A program made the translations under genes and the position numbers. From the NCBI RefSeq assembly GCF_001194135.2, contig NC_068981.1, positions 118,595,482-118,651,097 of the forward strand: 55,616 bases of DNA, in the 5' to 3' direction. This document shows, one piece after another, positions 35,956-48,822 of the stretch (position 1 is the first letter of the stretch; each line of letters begins with the position of its first letter). The DNA is from Octopus bimaculoides (lineage: Eukaryota). The notes under the pieces were generated by a model. That model was not told the DNA's origin, searched no databases, and saw nothing but the letters and a program-made list of their open reading frames with translations.

Positions 35956-38900
35956 GAAGCAATGATTGAATCGTTGGAAACCTGTAACTAGTATAGTTCT
36001 TTCTTGCTAATTGTAATATAGCAACAACAGATAATGTTTACAGTAGTTTTGTGTTATTTTTCTGTTTTCGTAACAGTTTCCCTTACATTAAAAAGGGGAA
36101 CCGAGAACTTTTAAAAGCTAAAATTCATAAAAGGAAAACCGAAATAATGAATAGCGTCTTGTTGAAAGATTTCTTAATGTAAAATAACCATTGAATAGAA
36201 CGCGTTATATTAATGACAACAATTATAAATAAATAAATGTGTGTGCGTGCGTGTGCATGTGCGCGCGCGTGTGACGTTGACTATTATGGCATCATTAATA
36301 GATTCGAAGACACAGATAGTGTGCACAAAAATGGATAACAAGTCCAATATGAATACAAAATGTTCTGTTTGAGCAACATGATCAGAGCACTGAGCTAATG
36401 GCGTACTTGGGCTTTTGTAATTTCATGTGCTGCTCAGCTTGTTTGATCCTGGTTTGCGCACCTATTACGTCACTTGTCCTCAGCCCATTACAGCTACTTA
36501 TTTTATCGAGCCAGTAAGGATGAAAAATATGTTGATCCTTAAACCTGGGGTTTTACTGAACTGAAGAATCAGTTTTTATCGTCTGTATCTTCAGCACATC
36601 AACCTGACAGAATTTATCCCTCTTGAAATTATATATCTATAAACAGATTCGGACTTAGCAGTAACAAATAACTAACAATTTGCCAGTTTTATAGTGCTGT
36701 GTTTGCTTAGAGCAGTGGGTTCTATTTACTGTTTAGTATTTGTCTTTAACAAAGTGAACTGGAAATTTTGACACTCAAATATCTTGACCCCATACACTGT
36801 CACATTGCTGAGACAAAATTTGGACCACTGACCAGTTGGTTAATTCTTTGGTAATCTATATTCTTAGCTAACCGCTCTCACTAAAACGAAATTAACGTAA
36901 TGAATATTGTCAGACGTTTATTTGGTCACACTACCGTTTCTCAAAAATTAAACTATTTACTTCTAGTATTGCCACAAAATATACGTTTAGAGAGCAGATG
37001 TAGTATAAGAAATGGCCTTGAAACATGGATGGTACTTATTTTGATCCTAAAAGAATGAAATCGATATCGGTGTGATATAGTCAAAACGTAACGGAGTATA
37101 AGTTATTACCGTAAAACGTTTAGTCCATTGCTCAACCGTTTCTCCCACTGAGCGCTCTTCTTACAATGAAAATATTGATTTCTGGTTTACTTACACGTAA
37201 AGCCACACATTTTACGACAAGGAGAAAACAAGTATATCGATACCAAGCAATTCACTGAAACCATAACTCATTGAACCCGAAAGGTAAAGTCAACTTCAAA
37301 ATCAGAACATGAAGAGACTTGACTAAGTGCCTCAGCAAATTTTATTCAACGTTCTATAATACTGTCAATGTGGTTCAATGAAATAGAAAATATCAAAACT
37401 TTGATGTGCATTTCATCTTACTGACTTGTTATTATTACATGTTCAATCCTATTGGATGATAAAAATAGAGAATAAAACAATAACAATTATTTTGGCCAGT
37501 TCTGTTTTTAAGCCTTTCTTTTATAACGAGTTTGTTTGAAAGAAGTAAAACTCTGTGCTTGTTATTTTTAGCGATTGCCTTGATCACATTTTTCAAGTAC
37601 GTAACTCCTATCCGCCTGGATGTGTGATTACTAGTGGGTTATTTATACTGAATGTAAATTCTATTATCAAAATCAATGAGAGTTTTTTACATCGAAGACT
37701 ATTGACAGCAGGAGCTGTTGTTGGCTGATTTCCAAAGTTTTCAATCAGTTGTTCTCATTGTGGATAGATCATATCTCATCCGTGGCGCCGCCTTGTGTTT
37801 TGTCCATATTCAATAAACAGAGAGCAAATTAGTTAAGCACAGCAACCTAAAAAGATTCTTATCAATTTGTAAATTCAGCTCAGGACAGTATGAACTCAAG
37901 CGCAACCCACTTAATTAACAAAAACTGCATGCTAATTTGCAATTGTGAATTTAGATTACTGTCTTTCTGTTGTGGGATTTTGAAATTCTCTTTGATAAGA
38001 TATACAGGATTACAAAGGGATCAAACTTCTTTTGAAACCATCAATTATTTCAAATGGACTGGAAACAATAAGAGTAGTAGCAATAATAACACTATTATTA
38101 GTGATGACGTCATGTCCATTAGCAAAGTAGATAAAACAGTGGATTTATGCTACTCCTAACACAAGTCATTGATTCGGATTGCTGGGAAACTAGGAATGAC
38201 AAAGGTGTATCGTATTCAAACCATGTTTATTTCATTAGGTTTGGTAATCTAAAGATTATAAAAAATCTGGCGTAGAAGAATTTATGACTTTCCTCAAAAG
38301 AGTTAGTCATTTTCAAGTAATGTTTACGGTGATAGCAAAAACAATTGTAAAACAGGACCCATTGTAACCGCTGCCAGATAGTAAAACACTTATCAATTTT
38401 ACAGTTATGCTGCCACTGACAAAACTTAAATGTTGTCACTATTGTTATTTAACCCCATATAAGCTCTGATCGAGTAGGATGCATGTTTAAAGATAAGTAA
38501 CTGTCAATTGCAGCAGGTTACATGACCATTTAAAGAGTTTCAATTGGCTCATGAATTGCGTAGTTTTTACCTTATGCTATTTAAGGATAGAGAGATTCAG
38601 CCATTGAGTGTTGAATATCGTAGCCATAGTTTACAACTCACTGCCGTTTATAGGACATAAACTACTGACTCTTTGTCTAGCTGTCCATGGACATCTGTAG
38701 TTCTAAGGATATTAAAGGAATAACAGGAAATAGATTAAGACTGAAGATCAAAATCGCTTACATGACACGATTAACTAGACTTGTATAGCATTTGAACTTT
38801 TCATAAAAACACTAATGTAAGAGGTCAAAATGATTTCAAAACAGAAACTTCGACTTGTAAAGAATATTTTGTTGTTCTCCTGGGCGATATAAACAGAGCT

Positions 38901-40632
38901 ACAAATTAATTTTCAGTCGTAAATCGACATCTACTCCACAGGAAAGCAATAATTAACTCGTCACAAACATCTTATATTTAGAGAAGCCGGAATTTGAGAA
39001 GTGTAATGTCCTCGTGAATTAATTATGTTAACAAAATTTTCAAAAGGCGCGGTACAACTACATGGGATGGGTTGAAATTTCTGAATCGATTCCACGTTGG
39101 ATTTTGTTTAACCAGAGATGCCGAAGTGAAGTAAAAACAGTTTGAGAAATCAATTTTCGATAGAACAATCCAAAATATCAATCACAGCTGACAGGCTGAT
39201 TCTTGGATTTGTGAAAGTACAAACTTGTGCAAAAGTGCGGAAAGATACAGGCGCAAAATAATATTTTCAACGGGAAATCGAAACAGCTTCGCCAAGCAGC
39301 ATGATTAGCTATCTCTCAAATTGATGAAATACTACACATTTGGAGTTAATATATATAGGGAACAGAGTGGCCCATATAGTAAATTCCGGGTGACCAGATA
39401 TAGTAAATTCAATTCATCCAATACATATATACTGAACGGCCGTAGAAGTAAGAAAAAGTAAAGTCAATCGAGGATGTATTTGTACTCGGAACGTAGAAAT
39501 ATAAAACTCAGTGGTTCAAGATATTGGGTTCTTTACCAGTCCACTGTCTCTGGCGCACAATGAAATGAATCATCACTATATGTAATATATATAAATTGTA
39601 AATAGAACAGGCAATTAATTCGAAAGACATAGAAAGATAATATCGAACAAGGAAATCATGGCTTATAATGATTTTGTTTTTTACAGTTTTACTAGAGCAC
39701 AGTTTATAGTTTATCAGAGTTTTCAATGCAGGAAGCAACTGCTTATGAAGCACTCTTCACTTGAATAAAGTTATAATTGGAATGATTATTCTGATTATAT
39801 TAAGATACAAAGCATACAAGAAGAGGATTTGTGCTTCAAGCTAACAAAGTATTCGTCTCTTAGTCTCTTAGGCTGTATTTGCTTCTGCTTATAGCACTCA
39901 GCTGTATATCTCGAAGTGAGATATACACTTCAAGTTAGGCATTGTGGTCTGGCAATTTAATGACTCATCGGTTGCTTTGAATCTTCCAGAATTTAAATTC
40001 ATTGAATTAGCAGATGTAGCAAATAAAGAAAAAATAGAAGTACATAGTTCACTGGCTACCATCATCAACCAGTGATTTCAGGTTATCGATAAAATCTAAT
40101 AACAGTGTTGTAAATGTAAGCATTGAAACGCCATGTTCACTGCAACGGTTGGCAGAATTAATTGCCTGTAGAAAATGAAGGATATTTTATGTCTCTTGAA
40201 CGTGATTTAATTTCCTTAGTTGAATCACTTCTCTTAATCAATTAAGAAATTTTTGTTTGCAATTAAAATTAAAAGTAAAAGTGGAAAATGAAAAGAAAAT
40301 GAACATGAGATATTTTCATAAATCTCTCTCTTTACATAGTAAGACACAAAGATAATTCATTTGAGAAGTAGGGAAACGAGAACTCGTAATATTCAAGCTT
40401 TCTATTGCAAACGAGGAAAGTAGTGACTTAAATATCGGATCGAAACCAAATAACAGCTTGGAATACGACAGGAAATTGCTTCTGATTTACTTTAGCTGTG
40501 CTATTTATAATTCTATGTGTCAAAAGAAGGGAAAATATTGAAATGATTACATACTCTTAATCCTTAAGGTACACGAACTTTCATATTTAATTAATGACTA
40601 TAACGTTCGACAACGCACTACATACATATAGC

Positions 40633-40668
<36 letters not shown>

Positions 40669-41762
40669 CATAACGCTTTGAGCGCGACCTATTTGAAACT
40701 AAGTGCATTAGGTCATGAATGTGAGATCTATTTATTAAGTACGCAGCGTTATTTGTGTAGGTAACTGAATGTGGAAATTAGAAATATAGTTCAACAACGA
40801 TTCTGCAGTGTATCACTACCGTCTGTTTTTTATAGATATTTTCTCACAATGGATATTTACAGAGGAATATACACGGTGATATATGAAAATGCTACATTAA
40901 GATAGAAAGAACTCCTGAAATTTCAATCAACCAAAAATTAGATGAAGAGTATTTCATCTTTGACAGTCTTGACAATTTTGGACAGGTTTCTGCCTTATAT
41001 GATCTCCTTACTGAATCATAATCCACACACTGACTATTAAAATTTCAGAATGACTAACAGAAACAATTTTTTTTGCATGAAGAGTATTCAATCCATTTGA
41101 ATTATATTTATAAACTGAAATAATGACAATGGTAAATTTCATGCGGATAAAGTATAGCGTTAAATCCAGTCTACCATTTCAAATGTAGTGAGCCGAAAGT
41201 AATTTTGAATGAATTGAAATTATAACCCTAATGATAACGAGGTAATTACGGTCAATGAAAATTGGTTTTCAAAAGGACAAGGAAGAGAACTCCACATTTA
41301 AGTAGACCAAAATATAAATGCAATACAAGTGACTCTTATGTTTGGTAACCATGGTGATCATTATACATATTTTCTATATTACTGGATATTTTCAGCCAAA
41401 CGTAGCTCACTCAATGCCTGCTAAGAACTGAGAATTCTTTGTCGAAATATATGTGTATATAGATAATCTATACGCATACATAAACGTGCATATGCATACA
41501 TAAACACTTACATATATATACATGCATGCACACATCCATACTTATACATATATAGAGAGAGGACACACATTGAATTTTCCTGGTATGTAACATGAGAATA
41601 ATATATAGAATAGGAATTATATTCAGCTGGTGCATATATCAGTACATAAATAATCCACACAGAATATCAAGTTACCTATTGATTGGTTATATCGACCACA
41701 TATTCCTTCTTTAAAGGCAACAAAGAAAACGTTATTTTGCATGTAATCGATAGCTGAATTTT

Positions 41763-41796
<34 letters not shown>

Positions 41797-42194
41797 TATA
41801 CATTGGCAGTAGAATAACACAAAAACAAATTCATTCGCACCAATAGAACATCCCATGCAAGTATGCATACAATACATCTAATAAACGACATGACGGTTAC
41901 GTTGCACGACAGGTGAGTACGTTATAAAAGAGTCAGAAAGTAGAACAAATATATCGACACGTAATAAGTCGGAATAAATTCCGCTAGGCTTTTTGTCCGA
42001 CGCTCTAATATGGGGTATGGGGTTATTCAAAAAGCTAACCTTTTTAATGATCCAGGTGGCATTACTTTCTTATGGATTTTCGAAATAAGAGTCATCGATA
42101 AACTACATTTCTCGATCAAGTGTCCTATATTACTTAAGTCCTATTAAAAATTTTACAATGCAAACAGACCGCACTAAATACTGATTTAAAATGT

Positions 42195-42394
42195 TTGGTA
42201 CGATGCCAGCATTTTCGGCGGAGGGGTAAATCAATTTCATTGATCCCAGTACTCAACTGGTAGTTATTTTATCGACCCTGAAAGGATGAAAGGCAAAGTC
42301 GACATCGGCGAAATTATAACTGAGAACATAATGACGGATGAAATGCCACTAAGCATTTTCCCCAGCATGCTAATTATTCTGTCAGCTCGCTACT
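42195..42394 (-). mobile_element. SINE family C
   Basis: ttttatcgaccctgaaaggatgaaaggcaaagtcgac core plus head. Confidence 0.85.
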
Positions 42395-42420
42395 TTGACC
42401 GCACCAAATATTGGCTTCAC

Positions 42421-42616
42421 ATTTTGGCACAAGGCCAGCAATTTCAAAGGAGGAGCTGAGTCGAATACGTCGACCCCAGTGATCAACTAGTACTTATTTT
42501 AATGAATCCGAAAAATGAAAGGCAAGATGCACCTCGGTGGAATTTGAACTCAGAACATAAAGATGGGCGTTAAGCATTATGCAAGGCGTAATTAGCGATT
42601 CTGCCACCTCGCCGCC
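42421..42616 (-). mobile_element. SINE family C (tandem second copy)
   Basis: Same layout, immediately adjacent; the head ends ctgccacctcgccgcc. Confidence 0.8.
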
Positions 42617-43792
42617 GTTACCGCAGAAAATATTGAAAGTATAATTCTCAGTGTTTCCTTTTTTTTAAAATCCAGTCGAATCCAGTCAGCAGAAATTGTT
42701 ATGGCTCCTGAAATTGATTGATTTTTCCACCTAGTAGCCCCACTCTTTCTGTTTCCTCTTCAATGACATAAGTTTAATTGAAAATGACATCTGTTGAAAT
42801 AAACTTATGTGAGTGAGAGGTTCCTTGTAGTGCTTGTTGCGTGTTTTGAAGAAAAATAAACCTATGATTAGTATCAAGCTGTTACTGACTATAACATTAT
42901 ACTAACCGTAATTCTACCCTAGATTGTTGGCGTATCGGCCTAGTTGAGTTGGAAGAAAGACAGAGATGCTGTACTCTGAACTAAGTGCTTTGATTACCCT
43001 CGTGTAATTGGAAATTTGCTCCAAAATCTACAATGATTGCTACTTTTCATTTAACCTGTAAAATTTGCCACCTTACGATTTTGCTTCAAATCTCGGGATC
43101 GATAAAGGAAGTATTTATTAGGAGGGTTGGATGCGTCGACTCTGTCGTGTTTAATTTTCTCTTTCAAGAATCACTTAAGTTACTAAACCTATAATAACGA
43201 AGGTTGCATACGCCAAGTAGAAATGACGATATGATTTGGTTCTTTAGTTAAAGTACTTCATTTCAATAACATTGTTAATGCCCTTAGAAAAAAAATCACA
43301 TCACATTCATAGCACACGCTATGATACGACTTGACCTAAGACCTGCCGATACTGACTCACTTGTCAGTCAAATGACGTTTACTCTTGCTGATAGTAATGT
43401 GCTAGTATTAATAGTGTTAATCACATAAATTGATATGTCTGATCACGAGAGGTTAATCAAGGAATTTCACCGACCAGATCCCTTTAGATTCCCACACCTT
43501 ACTGGCTGGCTACATCTGTTATTCATGACGATTACGTTTTAATTCACTTCCTTTCTTTCAACCTATTGTTGGCCTCTCCATCAAAGAACGTGTGACAGAA
43601 AAGGCTGTTTTATTCACACATAACGGCAACTAAATTCATTGACGTTTACAAACTTCCTTAGATTTTACAATAATTTACGCTGGTTAGAGTAAAAATATAG
43701 CATTGCTAAAAATATGAATTTCTCAAAGATGCCTATGTAAAATATGTATACATGTATATGAATATCTGTGCGTACGAGTGCGTGTGTATGCA

Positions 43793-43906
43793 TGTCATTG
43801 TTCAGTTTTTATTTCAGGATTTCTTGCCAATAGAGAAAGAGCCAGTTTCTAACCTAGATTCAAGGTTCCTGCATTGGAATTTCAACATCGGCAACAAGGT
43901 ATTTTT
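43793..43906 (-). mobile_element. ~110-bp retroelement 3' terminus flanked by (TATG)n-like repeats
   Basis: Same sequence as 21075-21176 and 15308-15355. It lies just downstream, in the same orientation, of the R4 LINE. Confidence 0.75.
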
Positions 43907-44069
43907 GTTTGCATGTATGTGTGTATGTATTTATGTATGTATGTATGTTAAAGTACTTCATTTCAATAAAATTGTCAATGCCCTTAGAAAGAAAATCACA
44001 TCATCACATTCATAGCCAACTTGTGCAATGTTGCTCACTTCACTTTTCAGCACTACATTTATAGTTTTT

Positions 44070-46410
44070 GTAGATGGCATTGTAAATGTTTTACAGACAA
44101 CATCGTTCCGCATTGAGAGGAAGTACCGTGACGACATTTTAGGACAGCTGCTAATCACATGCGTGATGTCTTCCACAGAAACATGACATAGCCTACACAT
44201 ACGGTTGCACTTTGGGATTACAAGAGCGTCACTGAATCTCCTGTTCACCGGGTACTTTGTGGCAAGCTCCTGTTCCTGGATTGCAAACGCATAGCCTTCA
44301 AAGTGTAATGTGATGCAGTGGTCTTGTGTCCAAGAGAGGCTGCGCTTCATATCAATTCTACTGCCTTCTTCAAGCTTCCGAGCAACATACTCATGCATAG
44401 TCTTTTTTTTTTTTGTATGCTGAGTGCTTTCCATCCAGGTCTTCTCTGAGGTAAGAGAGCCCAGCTGTTTTGGGGCTGTATAAGAGGTCATCAAGTAGAG
44501 AGTGTTTCTTGAGGAGCTCGCTGCCAACTTGTGCAATGTTGCTCACTTCACTTTTCAGCACTACATTTATACTTTTTTTGTTGCTATTGTTCAGCAGATG
44601 CTGTCTGAGTGAAACCATACGGCATTCGAAGGACGTCTGCACTGATCTCAAGCCTCTACCACCTTCATTTCTACTTAGGTAGAGCCAGTCAACATCACTG
44701 TTACTCTGGAAGTTCTTGTCAGAATTTTTCGGGGTTTTTGATATCTATGGAGTGGATTTCCTCTACAGACCAATCAAGTATCCCAAATGTTGGGATCAGC
44801 ACTGGTACTGCAAATGCATTGCGGGATATTGTTTTGTTGTAAGAGGAGAGTTCTGATTGCCATATTTTAATAGTTCTGATTGCCAATATTGTAATATTCT
44901 GTGGTCACTCTATCTTTATTCACAGTGCCTTCATATGATACATTTTCATCTATGCCAAATTACGTGTAACATTCTTTGTGTGGAATGGGGGAGATAGGGA
45001 GACCATTGATGCACAGGTTTGGAGTTTGGGGGACTGACTTCCCCGTTCTATAACAAAGTATGAACATTTCTTTTGGCCAACTTCCATACTTATATCAGCT
45101 GAAAATGTTATTAATTGCAGTTGTTTTTTGGCATTGTTAAAACTTTTAGCATAAATCTTGAGGTCGTCTACAAAGAAATTATGAATTACATTGATATTTT
45201 TGGCAGTTGAAAATCCTAGCATGTTTTCTGCAGTAGGAACGATAATGGGTTCAGTGCTAAAAGGAAAAGAAGTACAGAAAGACTATCTCACTGGAATATT
45301 CCCTTTGAGATGCTTATACTATCTGAAACAATTATTCTGTTGTCAGTTGGAAGGGTGAAAACTGTTGTCCATGTCTTTCTAAGTCTCTTTATTGCAGCAG
45401 TTAGGGTGTAAGCACTTCAACAGCCATGAATGAGGGATAGAGTCGAATGCCTTCTTATAGTCAAGCCATACTGCCACAAGTTTTCTATACTGTTTTCTTA
45501 CTGCAGACACTACAGCTTTGTTTATTAAAAGATGTTCGGTACATCCCCACACTCTCTTCTTTCCACCAGCCTGTTCATCAGTCACAATGTTGTTCGACTC
45601 ACATTGGCCCTGGAGGAACTGGTTGAGGCAACTTGCATACAGTTTGTACATAATATTTAGACAAGCAATGAGCCTGTAGTTTCCTGCCATCTCGGTGATT
45701 TCATTTTTGGCAACAAGATTTGTCCTTGCTGTAGCAAGCCAATTAGGTGTATCAGTCTGACCTTCCATAGTCCTTTTGAACATACATATCAACTGATTTC
45801 TATAAAATATCTGCTTCTTGTACCAATATCCAACTATTAGGTCTCTTCCAGGTGCCTTCCCATTCTGCAGTTTGCCTACTGCTAGAGCGAAGGTTTCTGC
45901 ATCAATTTTGTATGTTTTGCTGTTAGTGTTGGTACAGTATTCTCTCTCAATTGTATTTAAGTATGATACATTCAGAGCGAAATCCCTCTATTCGTTTCAA
46001 ATTTTTGACCAGATTGATTGAAGATCTTCTTGTGATTGAGCTTTCTTAATGGTAATGTTTTCCCTCCTCATCTCTCTGTATGAGGCTTGTGTGTTGGAAG
46101 CAAAGTTGCGATTGATACTGGCTCGTTCAAAAATTCGCATGCGATAGCGCAGTTCCTCGCTCATCGTCCTGGGTTCATGTTTTAAAGTGACTAGCCTTCA
46201 CCTCAAGAGCTCGGAGTTGCCATAAAGCTTCGTTTATTTTTGTCTAAGGTACAGTTGGTGAGGTGTAAACTCATTTTTCTCCTTATATTTTATTGTTATA
46301 GTTAACCATCCAATATGGTAGCGCACGTTGTTGATGCTTTCTTCAAGTATTGTTTTCCTTCTAGGTTGTTTCCGTTCAGTAATTTCGTTACTTTTTTTTT
46401 TGTAGATGCA
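44070..46410 (-). mobile_element. R4/Dong-clade LINE (N-terminal region, RT, CCHC), disrupted
   Basis: Contains NYRLIACLN..YKL, EQAGGKK..WGCTEHLLIN, WLDYKKAFDSIPHSW, GIFQ*DSL, FVDDLKIY and CRLC..SVEDITHVISSCPKM..RNDVV. Many stops and frameshifts; the endonuclease is missing. Confidence 0.9.
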
Positions 46411-47454
46411 TGCATGTATGTATGTATGTTTGTATGTATGTATGTATGTATGTATGTATGTATGTATGTATGTATGTATGTCAAATTTGTAAAGTATGGC
46501 AAAATTATATAGTGCTAACATTATCTGATAAAGAATTCAATATACCAAGGAGAGTAAATACATATTATTGTATAAAAAGGTGACAGTCAATTTTAGATGT
46601 GTGAGTGTATATATGTATATGTGTACGTGTGTGTGTAAGTATGCCTGTGTGCGTGTATGCATGTGTGCGTTTGTGTGTGTGTGTGTGTGTGAGTGTGTGT
46701 GTGTGTATGTGTGTGTGTGTGTAAGCATTGCCTGTGCTACGTTTCCGAAAAACATGAAATTCTGAAACGAGTAACGTATTATCCCGTTATATATGTGTTG
46801 TGTGTTCCTACATATATGTGTCCGAGTCAGTGTGTATATATGCGTGAGATAAAGAAAGAAAGAGGGGGCAGATGAAGAGAGAGAGGGGGAAGATGAAGAG
46901 AGATAGTATAGAATGTATGTAATTAGGTAAGATCCAGGTATTGCATCAAATCCAGTTTTCACGAGGTCATTCATTTGTTACATTTTGTGTCGATATATTT
47001 TTCTTCCCCACCATATATATGAAATATCTACACGATTCTAAACGGGAAAATATTCTACAAACCATACATATGTAACCTTATTTTGGTCTATGGGGAAACC
47101 TAAACTTAAAAATACAAGCGCATTAATTATACAGCTTATCAACTTTAATGCTAGATTATTATGATTATAGCTTATTTTGATTATAGCTTCTTTAAATTAT
47201 AGCATATAAATTGTATAGCTTTTCTGCTATTCACACGGTGAGCTGCACTTATCCTGTGTCAGCTGCTTACAGCCAGCGGAAACTGAAGTGTTGATAACCT
47301 TGGACAGACTATAAGCTTGCACGACCTGCTCTAGATATAGTAGCTAGATGTCTTTCAAATCACACCCAATCGTGATTATGGAAACTGTACAGAATTCCGT
47401 TGTAGATATGTATGTTTGTATTTATTTATATATGAATTTGTGTATGAATGTGTG

Positions 47455-47458
47455 TGTG

Positions 47459-47513
<55 letters not shown>

Positions 47514-47713
47514 TTATGTAGGTAGGTAGGTAGGCAGGTAGGCAGGCAGGCAGGCAGGCAGGTAGGTAGGTAGGTAGATAGGTAGATAGGTAGGTAGGTA
47601 CGATGGTAGGTAGGTAGGTAAATAGGTAGGTAGGTAGTAGGTAGGTAGGATGGTAGATGCTTAGATAAATAGATAGATAGATAGATAGATAGGTACGTAC
47701 GTACATACATACA

Positions 47714-47746
<33 letters not shown>

Positions 47747-47823
47747 TCATACATTCATACTTAGACACTAGCCAGCCACCCAGCCAGACAGACAGGCAGG
47801 CAGGCAGGCAGACAGACAGACAA

Positions 47824-47867
<44 letters not shown>

Positions 47868-47880
47868 GTAGGTAGACACC
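47455..47880 (+). repeat. Compound tetranucleotide microsatellite (GATA/GGTA/GGCA/GACA/TACA)
   Basis: Read directly. Confidence 0.92.
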
Positions 47881-48372
47881 AGCCAGATAAAGAGGTCATG
47901 CCATATATATGCATTTTGATAAGTAAAACCTTTTTCAAAATTTCTGGCAAACATTGGCACAAAACCAGAAATCTATGGTGCTGTCGATTAACTCAGTTTA
48001 GTCTAACCTTAATTCATGACTCTAACTTATATTAACAACTTCGGAAGATGAAAAGCGGTGGTTTGGGGAACTAAAGAACCAAGAAATTAAATGTTGCAAA
48101 GCAGTCTGACATTTCTCTCACGTCAGGGGTCTTTGAATTAATTCGTAATTAAATATCAAATACGGAAATGTATTAAATGTTAGCCTACATATTTACAAAT
48201 CTATTATAAACCTCCAGCATTTTCCTTGACACTTTCTGAGCCCTTTGATCAAAATTAAAGCAATAGTCACAGCAAATTTAGGCGTTCTTGCTTTAGTAGG
48301 AATGGAAAATGTTCTCCTCCTACGTCTTTCTTTCTTTCTCTTTTCTTTTCTCTCCAGCTCTTTCTTTCTCTA

Positions 48373-48409
<37 letters not shown>

Positions 48410-48445
48410 AAAAAGAATAAAACAGCGTATTATATAAAGCATATT

Positions 48446-48822
48446 GTTGTTGGCACTCCGTCGCTTACGACGTCGAGGGTTCCAGTTGATCCGATCAACG
48501 GAACAGCCTGCTCGTGAATTTACCGTGCAAGTGGCTGAGCACTCCACAGACACGTGTACCCTTAACGTAGTTCTCGGGAATATTCAGCGTGACACAGTGT
48601 GACAAGGCTGACCCGTTGAATTACAGGCACAACAGAAACAGGAAGTAAGAGTGAGAGAAAGTTGTGGTGGAAGAGTACAGCAGGGTTCGCCACCATCCCC
48701 TGCCAGAGCCTTGTGAAGCTTTAGGTGTTTTCGCTCAATAAACACTCACAACGCCCGGTCTAGGAATCGAAACCGCGATCCTATGACCGCGAGTCCGCTG
48801 CCCTAACCACTGGGCCATTGCG
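48446..48822 (-). mobile_element. SINE family B, full length
   Basis: Minus-strand tRNA head (cgcaatggcccagtggttagggcagcggactcgcgg..ggtttcgattcc). Nearly identical to 55265-55616. Confidence 0.92.

Noticed and set aside
37610-37850. Minus-strand segment with acceptor- and donor-like ends
   Set aside because: Stops in all three frames and no independent evidence of transcription.
38355-38425. Possible miRNA hairpin around two GCTGCCA words
   Set aside because: The words are direct repeats rather than inverted, so there is no stem.
41890-41918. ATG followed by a strong donor CAG|GTGAGT
   Set aside because: No supportable promoter or acceptor, and the phase is incompatible with the 49794 candidate exon.
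47422-47962. ORFs rich in YLSI/CMYV/HTHT repeats (here and throughout)
   Set aside because: They are translations of microsatellites that lack stop codons.
48740-48822. tRNA-like sequences with A/B boxes (also 20231-20300, 50632-50710)
   Set aside because: They are SINE heads continuing into SINE bodies, with no complete cloverleaf or acceptor stem.
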